Source: a bacterium (GTDB lineage Bacteria; UBA10199; 2-02-FULL-44-16; JAAZCA01). From it: a DNA stretch of 64,000 nucleotides. This document shows, in pieces, positions 48,436 through 58,897 of the stretch. Numbering within the stretch: position 1 is the stretch's first letter; the number at the start of each line of letters is the position of its first letter. The translations under genes and the position numbers were made by a program. The stretch covers positions 416,001 to 480,000 of the forward strand of contig CAXXGI010000003.1 in assembly GCA_963674695.2 (NCBI GenBank). Direction: 5' to 3'. The notes below the pieces were generated by a model. It was not told where the DNA came from. It worked only from the letters and a program-made list of their open reading frames with translations, and made no database searches.

Positions 48436-50142
48436 ATGATTAAACGGCATATTGAAGCGATGATTCGAGATGCTTTTGGGCGCGTTCTGACCGAGAGCGA
48501 TCGATCCATCGAGGGTCATCCGGTGATCGAGTTGGCCAAACCCCGCATCGAGTCCCATGGCGATCTCTCCTGCAATGTGGCGATGATGTATGCCAAGCAG
48601 GCCGAAATGAAGCCGCGCGATCTGGCTGAGGCGATCGTCGCTCACTTCAAGGATGAGCAGCAGCTCGTGGCAAAGGCCGAGATCGCCGGGCCGGGATTCA
48701 TCAACCTCACCATCAATCCGACCGCGTATTGGTCGGTCTTGGCGGAAATCGAGCGCCAGGGCGAGCATTTCGGCGAATCGGATACGGGAGGCGGGCGGCG
48801 CGTGCAGGTGGAATTCGTCAGCGCCAACCCGACCGGGCCGCTTCATATCGGTCATGGTCGTGGTGCGGTCTATGGCGATGCGCTGGCGTCGGTGTTGGCG
48901 GCAGCGGGTTTTCAGGTGACCCGCGAGTATTACGTCAACGATACGGGCAACCAGATCCAGACGTTGGGGCGCTCGGTCTGGCTGCGCCTGCAGGAGCTTG
49001 AGGGAAAATCGGTCGCCTTTCCGCAGGAGTGCTATCAGGGCGACTACATCATCGATGTGGCGCGCGATCTGAAGGAGCGGGACGGATGGCAGCTGGCGGA
49101 GATGGATGAGGCCGAGGCCATCACATTCTGTGGCGAGGTCGCCGGCACGCGCATCCTGGCGGAGATCAAGGAGGACTTGGCCGCCACAGGGGTCGTGCAC
49201 GACACCTATTTTCACGAAGAGAACCTCCACACCGATACCGCGGTGGAGCGGACGATCCTCTGGCTGCGCGAGCTTGGCTTTATCTTCGAGCTCGACGGGG
49301 CCCTCTGGTTTCGCACGACCGACTTTGGCGATGACAAGGACCGGGTGCTGCGCAAGAGCGATGGGCTCCTCACCTACTTTGCGGCCGATATCGCTTATCA
49401 CAAGAACAAATACGATCGCGGCTTCGAGCGCATCATCGATATTTGGGGGGCCGATCATGGCGGGTATGTCGCCCGCATGAAGGCGGCGGTGCAGGCGATG
49501 GGGCATGCGCCCGAGAGCTTCGATGCCGTGCTCATTCAGCTGGTGAACTTAAAGCGCGGCGGCGAGTCCGTCTCCATGTCGACGCGCGCGGCCACCTACG
49601 AGACGCTCGCCGATGTGCGTGAGCAGGTCGGGCGCGACGTCTGTCGCTATTTTTTCCTGATGCGTTCACACAATGCCCAGCTCGATTTTGACCTGGAGTT
49701 GGCCAAGCGTCAGACGCCGGATAATCCCGTCTTTTACATCCAATATGCCCATGCTCGCATCTGCAGCATCTTTCGCAAAGCGGCCCAGCGCGGTTTGCGG
49801 GCGGCCGACGTCCGCGCGGTGGATACGGCCCATCTCGACATGCCCGAGGAGGCCGCCCTGGCCCGGATGCTGGGCACCTATCCGGAGGTCATCGCCGAGT
49901 GCGCCGAGGCGCTCGAGCCACACAAACTGGCCTTCTATCTCCTGGAGCTCGCGCGGCAGTTTCAGTCCTACTACAGCCGAGGGCGCGACGACGATCGCTA
50001 TCGGGTGGTCTCCGGCGACGTCGCTCGTTCAGAGGCCAAGCTCTATCTCTTGAAAAATGTACAGCGTGTGTTACAAAACGCATTGAGAATACTGGGCATT
50101 TCCGCACCCGAGGAGATGGCCCGGGAAGACGGTGAACAGTGA
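48436..50142 (+). CDS. argS: Arginine--tRNA ligase
   Basis: EFVSANPTGPLHIGHGR, GADH, YIQYAHAR. Confidence 0.97.
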   Translation: MIKRHIEAMIRDAFGRVLTESDRSIEGHPVIELAKPRIESHGDLSCNVAMMYAKQAEMKPRDLAEAIVAHFKDEQQLVAKAEIAGPGFINLTINPTAYWSVLAEIERQGEHFGESDTGGGRRVQVEFVSANPTGPLHIGHGRGAVYGDALASVLAAAGFQVTREYYVNDTGNQIQTLGRSVWLRLQELEGKSVAFPQECYQGDYIIDVARDLKERDGWQLAEMDEAEAITFCGEVAGTRILAEIKEDLAATGVVHDTYFHEENLHTDTAVERTILWLRELGFIFELDGALWFRTTDFGDDKDRVLRKSDGLLTYFAADIAYHKNKYDRGFERIIDIWGADHGGYVARMKAAVQAMGHAPESFDAVLIQLVNLKRGGESVSMSTRAATYETLADVREQVGRDVCRYFFLMRSHNAQLDFDLELAKRQTPDNPVFYIQYAHARICSIFRKAAQRGLRAADVRAVDTAHLDMPEEAALARMLGTYPEVIAECAEALEPHKLAFYLLELARQFQSYYSRGRDDDRYRVVSGDVARSEAKLYLLKNVQRVLQNALRILGISAPEEMAREDGEQ

Positions 50143-50194
50143 ACGGTGAACAGTAAGCGGTAAAACAGCATTTGTTCACGGTTTACCGTTCACG
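50129..50194. repeat. Inverted heptamer repeat cluster (ACRGTGA / TCACGGT)
   Basis: Overlaps the argS stop codon. Confidence 0.65.
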
Positions 50195-50201
50195 AGAAAA
50201 C

Positions 50202-50996
50202 ATGGCTGACTACATGCGCAATTCGAGACGTCGCGAAGAGGGGGACGGGTTTTTCTGCCGTTTCACCTTCGGGCAATTCTTTGCGCTCTTGATCCTCGAG
50301 GTCTTCACCCTCTTTTTCGTCTTCTATCTGGGTGCTCGCTATGGACAGGAGTTTCTGGGCCTGAAGTCGGATGTCACGGTCGTCGAGGGGATGGAGATCG
50401 AAGGAGACGAGGGCGAGGCCGGGGTGATGACCACCTCCGATCCCGAAGTGCGCCGCATGGCTGGAGAACTCATCGCCAAGGCCAAGACTCCGGAGCTCAA
50501 GGAGCGCATTCGGTCGATGATCCACGATGCCCGCGGGGAGAAGCCGGAGCGCATGCCCGAGGTGGTGGGGCGAAACCGCGAAGCCGAGGCTCCTCCCGTC
50601 GTGCCGAAGGATCCGGGCACGCGTGCGGCATCCAGGGCCGATGACGGCTTCGAACCACAGGTGGTGGGAGAGCGCGCGCCCGTTCAGGAGACGCCGCCCC
50701 CGGCGCGTACGGCGCAACAGGATGCCGGCGTGGTGCGCGTCAAATCGGTCGAGAACGCGCGCTATTCGGTGCAGGTCGGTTCCTATCCGCAGATGGGGGA
50801 GGCGACCACCGTCGTGGAACGCTGGAAGGGGAAGGGCTTTCCCGCCTACATGATGATCGCCGATATCCCCGATCGCGGTCGTTGGTATCGCGTGCGCATC
50901 GGCGGGTTCGAGACGCGCAACGATGCGGCTCGTTATCTCAAGGAGTTGCAGACGCGTGAAAACGTCGAAGCGCTGGTGGTACTGAACGAACAATAA
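50202..50996 (+). CDS. SPOR-domain cell division protein (FtsN/DedD-like)
   Basis: N-terminal TM, disordered linker, YSVQVGSY...WYRVRIGGF; follows argS. Confidence 0.88.
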   Translation: MADYMRNSRRREEGDGFFCRFTFGQFFALLILEVFTLFFVFYLGARYGQEFLGLKSDVTVVEGMEIEGDEGEAGVMTTSDPEVRRMAGELIAKAKTPELKERIRSMIHDARGEKPERMPEVVGRNREAEAPPVVPKDPGTRAASRADDGFEPQVVGERAPVQETPPPARTAQQDAGVVRVKSVENARYSVQVGSYPQMGEATTVVERWKGKGFPAYMMIADIPDRGRWYRVRIGGFETRNDAARYLKELQTRENVEALVVLNEQ

Positions 50997-51007
50997 CCTC
51001 TGATGCA

Positions 51008-51082
51008 GTGATTGGTGATTTGTGATTTGTGATGAGTAAGATCGAAGCCAATCACCAGTCACCGGTCACCAGTCACCGTTCC
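51008..51082. repeat. Inverted heptamer repeat cluster (GTGATTK / TCACCRG)
   Basis: GTGATTGGTGATTTGTGATTTGTGAT ... CAATCACCAGTCACCGGTCACCAGTCACC. Confidence 0.7.
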
Positions 51083-51087
51083 ACCAG

Positions 51088-52881
51088 ATGCAATCGCACA
51101 TCCGAAATTTCTGTATCATCGCGCATATCGATCATGGCAAGTCGACGCTCGCCGATCGTCTGCTCGAGGTGACCGGTGCGCTGACTTCGCGCGAACATCG
51201 CGAGCAGTTTCTCGACACCATGGATCTCGAGCGCGAGCGCGGCATCACGATCAAGGCGCAGAGCGTGCGCCTGAACTATCGCGCCAAAGATGGAGTGACC
51301 TACGAACTCAATTTGATCGACACGCCGGGACACGTCGATTTTCACTACGAGGTGAGCCGGTCGTTGGCCGCCTGTGACGGCGCGCTGCTCGTCATCGATG
51401 CGACCCAGGGCGTGCAGGCACAGACGCTCGCCAATGCGTTGCTGGCGATGAACAACAACCTCGAGATCGTTCCCGTCATCAACAAGATCGATCTGCCCAG
51501 CGCCGATGTCGATGCGGTTCGCGCCCAGTGCGAGGATATCCTGGCGCTTCCCGGAGAGGTGGCCATCCCCATCTCGGCAAAGACGGGCGTAGGGATTGAA
51601 GATGTTCTCGAAGCGATCGTCGCACGGTTGCCGGCGCCAAGCGGAGATCCCACAGCAAGGCCGCGCGCCCTCATCTTCGACAGCTGGTTCGACAGCTATA
51701 TGGGCGCGGTCGCCCTCGTTCGCGTCGTGGACGGCACGATCGAAACCGGGATGAAGATTCGGCTCATGCACGCCGACCGCCTCTTCGAGGTGCAGCGCCT
51801 CTCCGTCGCCGATCCCTTTCGCCGCGATGTCGCGCGCCTCGATGCAGGGGATGTGGGCACGGTCATTGCGAACATCAAGACGATCGCCGACGCCCGCGTG
51901 GGCGACACGATCACCTCGGAAGAGAATCCCGCCACCACGCCGCTGGCGGGTTTTAAGGACGTGAAGCCGATGGTCTTTGCCGGTCTCTATCCGACCGATC
52001 CCGGGCAGTACGACGAGTTGCGCGATGCCATGGAGAAACTACGGCTCAACGACGCGGCCTTTCGCTTCGAGCCCGAGAGTTCCACCGCGCTCGGGTTCGG
52101 CTTCCGCGCCGGGTTTTTGGGATCGCTGCATCTCGAGATCGTGCAAGAGCGCTTGGAGCGCGAATACGATCTGACCCTCGTCTCCACCGCGCCGACGGTG
52201 GTCTACGAGGTCCTTCAGACCGACGGCCAGGTTGTGCAGATCGACAACCCCGCGCGCCTGCCCGAGCCGCAGAAGATCGAAGAGGTGCGTGAACCGTATG
52301 CGCGCGCGAAGGTGCTCTGTCCGACCGACACGCTCGGGGGCATCATGCAGGTCTGTCAGGATCGGCGCGGCGAGCAGGTGCATATGGAATATTTTGGCAC
52401 CGATCGTGTGCTCATTGAATATCACATGCCCTTTTCGGAGATGATGTTCGACTTCTTCGACAAGCTCAAATCCGTCTCGCGTGGATACGCCTCGCTCGAC
52501 TACGAGATCATCGGCTATCGCAAGGCCAAGCTCCTCAAACTGACGGTGCTCATCAACGGCGATCCGGTCGACGCGCTCTCGACCATCGTGCATCGAGAGG
52601 ATGCTCCGTACAAGGGGCGCGAGCTCGTGCAGAAGCTGCGCGGCCTCATTCCGCGGCAGATGTATGACGTCGCCATTCAGGCGGCAATCGGCGGGCGGAT
52701 CGTCGCACGCGAGACGGTCAAGGCGATGCGCAAGGACGTGACGGCCAAATGTTATGGGGGCGATATCACGCGCAAACGCAAACTCCTGGAGAAGCAGAAA
52801 GAAGGAAAGAAGCGCATGAAGCGCGTCGGCTCCGTCGACATCCCCCAGGAAGCGTTCTTGAGTGTTCTCAAGGTCAGGTGA
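51088..52881 (+). CDS. lepA: Elongation factor 4
   Basis: [53 protein letters not shown]. Confidence 0.98.
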   Translation: MQSHIRNFCIIAHIDHGKSTLADRLLEVTGALTSREHREQFLDTMDLERERGITIKAQSVRLNYRAKDGVTYELNLIDTPGHVDFHYEVSRSLAACDGALLVIDATQGVQAQTLANALLAMNNNLEIVPVINKIDLPSADVDAVRAQCEDILALPGEVAIPISAKTGVGIEDVLEAIVARLPAPSGDPTARPRALIFDSWFDSYMGAVALVRVVDGTIETGMKIRLMHADRLFEVQRLSVADPFRRDVARLDAGDVGTVIANIKTIADARVGDTITSEENPATTPLAGFKDVKPMVFAGLYPTDPGQYDELRDAMEKLRLNDAAFRFEPESSTALGFGFRAGFLGSLHLEIVQERLEREYDLTLVSTAPTVVYEVLQTDGQVVQIDNPARLPEPQKIEEVREPYARAKVLCPTDTLGGIMQVCQDRRGEQVHMEYFGTDRVLIEYHMPFSEMMFDFFDKLKSVSRGYASLDYEIIGYRKAKLLKLTVLINGDPVDALSTIVHREDAPYKGRELVQKLRGLIPRQMYDVAIQAAIGGRIVARETVKAMRKDVTAKCYGGDITRKRKLLEKQKEGKKRMKRVGSVDIPQEAFLSVLKVR

Positions 52882-52891
52882 GTCCAAAGGT

Positions 52892-52990
52892 TGTCATCCC
52901 GACCGGAGCCCAGAATTGGGCGTAGTGGAGGGATCCCTTGTTATTTGTCATCCTGAGCGGAGGTCCGAAGGACCAGAGTCGAAGGATCTC
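52892..52990. repeat. Two tandem GTCAT-class REP-like units between lepA and lepB
   Basis: TGTCATCCCGACCGGAG...GTGGAGGGATCCC and TGTCATCCTGAGCGGAG...GTCGAAGGATCTC. Confidence 0.7.
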
Positions 52991-53013
52991 GATCGGAATA
53001 GAGGAGCATCTTC

Positions 53014-53763
53014 ATGGCTGATGTCACCGAGAAGACGGTCAAAAAGAAGAAAAAGAGCACCTTCCGCGAATATGTCGAGTCGTTGGGGCTGGCGATCATC
53101 GTGGCCCTCATCATTCGGGCGTTCGTGATCGAGGCGTTCAAAATTCCGTCCGGTTCGATGCTGCCCACGCTCTCGATCGGCGATCATATCTTCGTCAACA
53201 AGTTCGCCTACGGCCTGCGCGTTCCGCTGACGAAGAGACACATCATCGAATTCGACGGACCGGAGCGCGGGGATGTGATCGTCTTCATCTTTCCCGAGGA
53301 CGAGTCCAAGGATTTCATCAAGCGCGTCATCGGAAAACCGGGCGATCAGATCCACATCGAGGGAGAAGGCGTCTGGGTCAATGGCGAGGAGTTGCCTAAA
53401 CGACAGCTCTCGGTGAAGGCCTATCCGAACGATCGCAAACGCCTCGAAGTGCACAACGGCACGGTGAAGACCATTCCCTTCGAGCGCGGATGGCGCGACT
53501 TCGAATTCTCTGAAGAGAAGGTGGGGAAGATCGATCATCTCGTTCAGTATGAGAATTTCCTGGAACGCCCGACCTACGATATCGTCGTCCCGCCGGATCA
53601 CTACTTCGTCATGGGGGACAACCGCGATAACTCCGCCGACAGCCGCGAGTGGGGGTTTGTGCCTGCGGAGAACGTCAAGGGGAAGGCGATGTTCGTCTGG
53701 CTGCCGCTCGACAAAGATCACGGCGGCATCCGCTGGCACGAATTCGGAAGATGGATTGAATGA
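53014..53763 (+). CDS. lepB: Signal peptidase I
   Basis: IPSGSMLPTL, FIKRVIG.PGD, GDNRDNSADSR. Confidence 0.97.
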   Translation: MADVTEKTVKKKKKSTFREYVESLGLAIIVALIIRAFVIEAFKIPSGSMLPTLSIGDHIFVNKFAYGLRVPLTKRHIIEFDGPERGDVIVFIFPEDESKDFIKRVIGKPGDQIHIEGEGVWVNGEELPKRQLSVKAYPNDRKRLEVHNGTVKTIPFERGWRDFEFSEEKVGKIDHLVQYENFLERPTYDIVVPPDHYFVMGDNRDNSADSREWGFVPAENVKGKAMFVWLPLDKDHGGIRWHEFGRWIE

Positions 53764-53814
53764 TGATCCTGTCATTTGGCGGAAAGAATCCCCTATCTGG
53801 TGGTCTTCTCTTGT

Positions 53815-54597
53815 TCACAATGGAATAGGATGGAAAAGAATCTCTTCAGGGTTATGCTCCGACTGGAAATCGTTGAGATAAATTCTGTAACACTGGTAGA
53901 GTGGATCCATCCCAAATCCTACACTATCCCATAGGCTTTCAACTTCATACATGTTGATGCGATCACACGTTCGGATCCGTTCTTCCCCCGAGTCTTCTTG
54001 AGTGCCCGGCAGACATTCTCCAGGGTCCGTTGATCGGTTGTAATAAAGCCCTGGCGTGGGGTCCACGAGGATCCATCTGCCTATGCCGTCAGGGTGCTCC
54101 TCGACGAATATCTCCAGGAAGGCATGTCCTGCATAGTCACCACCTTCAGTAAGGAAGCTCTTGTCTATGCCTTCCACGAATATGGAAGGAAATCCGCTCG
54201 CTCGTGCGAGTCCAGCAAAGGCTATGGCATTGTCATGACAACTTTTGTACCTTCCATCGGTGAGGATCTGGTCCAGGTCCCTCGTCATTCTTACGCTATC
54301 ATTCGTGTTATCGAGTGTCGGAAGGCTCTGAACTATTTGATTGATGTCACTCAACGCGGCGAGGCTTTTTTCCGGGCGAACCTCTTCAAGCATTTCCCAG
54401 AGTATGGAATTGTTTTTTGCAGTCGTCTCAGCGGATAGGTTTGTAAAGCGATCCCTATCATCATCTGTATTTCTATTCCTTTGAAGCGGATCGCAGGAAT
54501 CACTCTCTTTTTTCTGGGGTCTTGTTCCGGAAGTGCATGCATTCAACAATGCGATAGAGGCAAGGCCAAGCGCGTATGCGAGCAGCGGAACAGGCAT
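53815..54597 (-). CDS. Transglutaminase-like (Cys-His-Asp) lipoprotein
   Basis: Lipobox LNAC; SCHDNAIAF...ARASGFPS, GHAFLE, WILVDPT; lower GC than flanks. Confidence 0.75.
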   Translation of the reverse strand: MPVPLLAYALGLASIALLNACTSGTRPQKKESDSCDPLQRNRNTDDDRDRFTNLSAETTAKNNSILWEMLEEVRPEKSLAALSDINQIVQSLPTLDNTNDSVRMTRDLDQILTDGRYKSCHDNAIAFAGLARASGFPSIFVEGIDKSFLTEGGDYAGHAFLEIFVEEHPDGIGRWILVDPTPGLYYNRSTDPGECLPGTQEDSGEERIRTCDRINMYEVESLWDSVGFGMDPLYQCYRIYLNDFQSEHNPEEILFHPIPL

Positions 54598-54632
54598 ATA
54601 TGCTCCATCATTAAAACCGCCCCTTACTCTTA

Positions 54633-54659
54633 TTATCGGCAGAACCTCTTAAATGTTTC
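54633..54659 (-). promoter_or_regulatory. Sigma-28-like promoter GAAACAT-N12-GCCGATAA
   Basis: 36 bp upstream of the 54597 start. Confidence 0.5.
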
Positions 54660-54758
54660 GCGTTATTTGGGCACGTGTTTCTCTCACGGAAGGGTTGTCA
54701 TTCCTTAGTGAGTTCGGGGGTTTATAATAGTGCCAGACGAATCAATCCCTGATGCCTG

Positions 54759-55445
54759 TCATCCTTTTTCCGCGATCCAGATCGTATGGCGGGCCGCGCT
54801 CTGGCGACCTTGTGATCGGACCCGAACTTCTTCCACTTCAAATCCGGATTGGCGCAGGGCTTTGGTGAAGGTCGCATCCGGTGTGGCCGACCAGACGGCC
54901 AACACGCCCGTCTCTTGAAGGGCGGCGTGCGATGCCCGGAGTCCATCGTCGGAGTAGAGCCAGTCGTTTCCCCTGTGCGTTAGCCCGTCAGGGCCGTTAT
55001 CGACATCCAGTAGGATGGCGTCGAATGCGGCGCGCTCATTTCTGATGATTTCAGCGACGTCGGCCTCACGGATGCTGACCCGTTCATCCCGAATCGGATG
55101 TCCGGCCAGATGGCCAAGGTGTTCTCGATTCCACGCCACCACCGCCGGGACGAGCTCGGCAACCAGAACCTGCGCGGGGCAGGGGAGTTCGCACAGCGCT
55201 GCGGCCAGGGTGAACCCCAGCCCCAATCCTCCGATCAGCACGCAGGGCTCAGGACGCCCGGCGACTCGCTTGCATGCAAGCCTGCCGAGGGCATCCTCAG
55301 ATTCATGGGAGGAGCTGTTCATGAGCTCGAGCCCATCCACACGGATCGAATAGGCATCGCCTCGCCGGTGGAGGCTGATCTCTCCTGCGTTATCCGGCAT
55401 TTGTGCGCGATCGATCGTTTTCCAGGGGATCACAGGCGACTCCAA
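54759..55445 (-). CDS. Spermidine-synthase-like SAM-dependent transferase
   Basis: ELMNS...SE, VLIGGLGLGFT, LLDVDNGP. Confidence 0.8.
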   Translation of the reverse strand: MESPVIPWKTIDRAQMPDNAGEISLHRRGDAYSIRVDGLELMNSSSHESEDALGRLACKRVAGRPEPCVLIGGLGLGFTLAAALCELPCPAQVLVAELVPAVVAWNREHLGHLAGHPIRDERVSIREADVAEIIRNERAAFDAILLDVDNGPDGLTHRGNDWLYSDDGLRASHAALQETGVLAVWSATPDATFTKALRQSGFEVEEVRVRSQGRQSAARHTIWIAEKG

Positions 55446-55619
55446 AAGTGATGATCTGTGACACTATATTCATTGAGATGGCATCGCAAGGGGAAGTGAG
55501 CCGGCGCGCGTGCTCAAGCGTTGATGTACGGTCATCTGCGAGTGGTGAAAATTGCCTATACGAAGGCCTCAAAATGATATAGGACGCTCGTTCACCCCAC
55601 TTCAAAAAGGAGTTTTTCA

Positions 55620-56447
55620 ATGGTCAGTGAATACGAACAGGATATTGCCATCTACATCAAGAAGTATAAGAAATTTCTTCCGCTTGTTTTGGTTGGGCTG
55701 ATCGCGCTGTTCGTTCTCGCCGACGGCTTCTTTACGATTCAACCGGGTGAGGTGGGCATCAAAGTTCGATTGGGCAAGATCGTCGATTCCTATTCAGAGG
55801 GTCTCTACTTCAAAATTCCCTTTGTCGAGAAGATCGATCGCTTCAGCATTCGCATCCAACGCGCCGACATCGAGACATCGGCGTTCAGCAATGACATGCA
55901 GACGATCGTCGTCGATATGGTGGTCAACCATCGCATCGAAAAGGGGACGGTCGTCTCGATTTATCGAAACCTCGGTCCGGACTATGTGAAGACGGTCATC
56001 GATCCCATCACCCAGGAGGCGGTGAAGTCTATTACCGCCAAATATTCAGCGGAAAAAATCATTTCGAACCGAGCGGATGTCACGCGGGAAATGGATCAGG
56101 TCGTCAAATCGCGTTTGGAAGAGAAGCAGATTATCGTCACCGATCTGTCCATCACGAATTTCGAATTTACACCGGACTTCCTGAAGTCGGTCGAGGACAA
56201 ACAGATTGCGGAACAGATGGCGAAGAAGGCCGAGAAGGACGTCGAACGCGTCAAGAAGGAGGCCATCCAGGTGATCGAGCGCGCGGGCGCCGAGGCGGAA
56301 TCGCTGCGGCTTCAGCGCGAGGCGGTTTCGGATCAGTTGATCGAACTCAGAAAGGTCGAGGCGCAGATCAAGGCGATCGAGAAGTGGAATGGCGTTCTGC
56401 CCCAGTACACCGGCGGCGGCGCTGTGCCCTTTATCAACGTGAAATAG
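55620..56447 (+). CDS. Prohibitin/SPFH-domain protein
   Basis: GEVGI..RLG, EGLYFKIPF, C-terminal IEKWNG.LP. Confidence 0.9.
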   Translation: MVSEYEQDIAIYIKKYKKFLPLVLVGLIALFVLADGFFTIQPGEVGIKVRLGKIVDSYSEGLYFKIPFVEKIDRFSIRIQRADIETSAFSNDMQTIVVDMVVNHRIEKGTVVSIYRNLGPDYVKTVIDPITQEAVKSITAKYSAEKIISNRADVTREMDQVVKSRLEEKQIIVTDLSITNFEFTPDFLKSVEDKQIAEQMAKKAEKDVERVKKEAIQVIERAGAEAESLRLQREAVSDQLIELRKVEAQIKAIEKWNGVLPQYTGGGAVPFINVK

Positions 56448-56539
56448 AACGGTTTCGCTTCAGTGCAAATGATCAGGGGCATGATCCCTTTGTGCGATGG
56501 GCACAAGGGTTCATGCCCCTGGTTTTTGTCCGCTCATTC

Positions 56540-57430
56540 TCATGTCGGAAGTGTTTGTGTCGCCTGTGGGTCGAGATGGACGTCCATCTGCGGGAAGGCG
56601 ATGACCACGCCAGCTTGTCTCAGGGCTTCATTGACGCGGCATCTGACTTCGCTCTCGTGTTTCCATCGCTGCACCCTGGTCTTTGCCTGGTGGGCAAAAT
56701 AAAGCTGAAATTCCAGTTTGCTCTCGCCATACTTCCAGAAGAGGGTGAAGGGGGTCGGTTTTTCCAGCGTATCTTCACAGGCCATCGCCGCATGTACCAT
56801 GAGCGTTGAAGCCTTCTCGATATCGGACGCATAGGTGATTCCCACATCGATCTTGGTGAGGATGACATCGTCATTGAGCGTCCAATTGGTGATCTTGTTT
56901 TCGAGGAGTTCGCTGTTGGGAAAGAGGACGTGCATATTGTTTGCCGTCATGAGCCTGGTGCTGCGGATGCCGATATCCTCGACGATGCCAGTCGACCCCT
57001 TGACCTCTATGACGTCGTTCACGCGGATCGGTCTCTCCGCCATCAGGATGAAGCCGCCGATGATGTTACTGATGAGGTTCTTGCACCCAAAGCCAAGGCC
57101 CACTGCAAGTCCGCCGCCGAGGAATGCAAATGTGGTGAGCGGAAGTTCGATGGTCCTCATCGCGAGAAAAAATGCCGTGATGACGATGAAGAGGGAGACG
57201 ATCCTCGCGATGACCCCGATGCCCTGCGGATTTATTCGCTGGCTTGAGGCGAGTTGCCTTTTGATGACTCGCCTGACGATGCTCGCGATAATAAAGCCGA
57301 CGATGAGGATGATGAAGGCGGTTATGACCTTTCCCGCCGTTATCGGATCCGTGCGAACGGTCCAGAGCTTAAAGTCCCAGATCCTGTCCAGCCCTTGCCA
57401 TATGGCCCTCATATCAATGGTTGATAACAT
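56540..57430 (-). CDS. Small-conductance mechanosensitive channel (MscS family)
   Basis: GLGFG...ISN.IGGFIL..ERPIRV.D, IGIRST, IAFPQMDVH. Confidence 0.9.
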   Translation of the reverse strand: MLSTIDMRAIWQGLDRIWDFKLWTVRTDPITAGKVITAFIILIVGFIIASIVRRVIKRQLASSQRINPQGIGVIARIVSLFIVITAFFLAMRTIELPLTTFAFLGGGLAVGLGFGCKNLISNIIGGFILMAERPIRVNDVIEVKGSTGIVEDIGIRSTRLMTANNMHVLFPNSELLENKITNWTLNDDVILTKIDVGITYASDIEKASTLMVHAAMACEDTLEKPTPFTLFWKYGESKLEFQLYFAHQAKTRVQRWKHESEVRCRVNEALRQAGVVIAFPQMDVHLDPQATQTLPT

Positions 57431-57530
57431 GACATCCCCCTTTTGAACGAATCTACCAAATCATCGGGCCTCCGTACATGGCAAAGCGCATGACGGAAGT
57501 AGTGCAATATGAGGTGCAGACGTATAGCCT

Positions 57531-58690
57531 CGTTCCCCCCGCATCAGACGAAGTAAATTCCAGCACCAATATCGCCCCTGCCGTCAGACGAAGCAAATTT
57601 TGGGATGCGCGGCTGCGAGAGGTATGATTTCTTCGTGAATTCCATGTATTGATCTGAAATCAGCTAGATTCGAGCAAAAATGGGTGTTGGCGGGGGATCC
57701 TCACGCCGACAATGAACAGCGGTGCGTGCTTTGCGCACACCCCCGTCGTGCTTCACAGGAGAGGAAGCGGGTTCGTTCATCGGATGTGGGCGGCTACAGA
57801 AACGGGCGAGGCCTGTGGCGGTGGTCGCGTGATACGCGAGGCCATGAAGTCGGTCACCGTACGCCCCATGCGTTGACAGAGCTCTCGATACTGGGCCAGC
57901 ACCCAGTCCGGATCGCCGATGAACGGCGTGTGCGAGATGTTCATGCGCCGACGCTGAAACATCATGGCCTCGACGATCCCTCGATATTCCTGCTGCCGCT
58001 GCGCTGCCGTGCGCCCCAGCGCCAGATACGATGGCGACGGCGTGATGAGCTTGTCGGGCTTTCCGTGGGCGTAATACGCATATGACGACCAGCGGTATTT
58101 TCTCGGATGCTTCACCTTCTTTGCCCGATGCGAGTTTAAGTCGACATAGGCCATGGCCGTAAGCATGTGCTCGTCCGATTTGATGCGAGGGGATTTGAAC
58201 CGATCCATGACCACCTGCCCGCGCCGTCCGAGGCGCTTGTTGACCTGGCGTGCGAATTGGCTGTGAACGGTCTGAAAGAGGCGGGAGAACTGCTCCCGAT
58301 CGGCTAGCGTGCCGATCAGATGCGGATGGTTGTCCATGAAGCTGTAGGCGTGAAACTGTACGCCATATCGGTCCTTATACTTCACCAGCAGGTCATAGTA
58401 GATCTGTTTGGCCCAGTCCCACTTGAGAAGCCAGTCCTGGTTGTGGCACTGCCAGGTGACATGAAAGGCAGCGCCGTCGAAGATGATTTCACATCGGGGG
58501 TGATAGGCCATGCCCTCAAGCGTAGCAATTCGCATGCCATGTTGAATCAACGGAAAAACAGGGGGTTAGCGGATCATCGCTGCCGCAAAATGCTACAGCT
58601 GCAGCAAATGGCGGCACCGTGAGCGAAATGGGCAGGCAGAACATCTGCTCTGTCTCAGGGAGAAAGTTTACTCCGTCTGAGGGGCGGGGC
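57531..58690. mobile_element. RAYT-type element bounded by inverted TCAGACGRAGYAAA repeats
   Basis: Two direct copies at 57544 and 57584; inverted copy at 58667-58680 and a degenerate one at 58641-58660. Confidence 0.6.
57777..58511 (-). CDS. REP-associated tyrosine (HUH, Y1) transposase
   Basis: FHVT..CHN, YSFMDNHPHL (HUH), R.GQV..DRFKS, YVDLN (catalytic Tyr), YRWSS. Confidence 0.88.
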   Translation of the reverse strand: MAYHPRCEIIFDGAAFHVTWQCHNQDWLLKWDWAKQIYYDLLVKYKDRYGVQFHAYSFMDNHPHLIGTLADREQFSRLFQTVHSQFARQVNKRLGRRGQVVMDRFKSPRIKSDEHMLTAMAYVDLNSHRAKKVKHPRKYRWSSYAYYAHGKPDKLITPSPSYLALGRTAAQRQQEYRGIVEAMMFQRRRMNISHTPFIGDPDWVLAQYRELCQRMGRTVTDFMASRITRPPPQASPVSVAAHIR

Positions 58691-58897
58691 GGGGAAGGCG
58701 GTTTTGGTTGTTCTGTGTTCCGAATTGGTGTTCATGGGGCCGAACACGCCGTTCGAAAATCGGAACAATTTCCACGAAAAAATCACGCAACAAATCTCGA
58801 ATTCTCGCGATAAATCAGGCAGTTTTCGGTTCTTCTCCCATTTGGAACATTTCTTGCTTAGATATGATCGATTGCGCGAAATAAAGGTCGGCCTCCT

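Noticed and set aside
54759-55445. speE completing a spermidine pathway with pdaD-speB
   Set aside because: It belongs to a short spermidine-synthase-like family of uncertain activity, lies 10 kb away, and no speD was seen.
57777-58511. RAYT as the mobiliser of the GTCATTCCCGCG REPs
   Set aside because: None of these REPs flank the gene, and several sit inside TIR-bounded MITEs; the link is unsupported.
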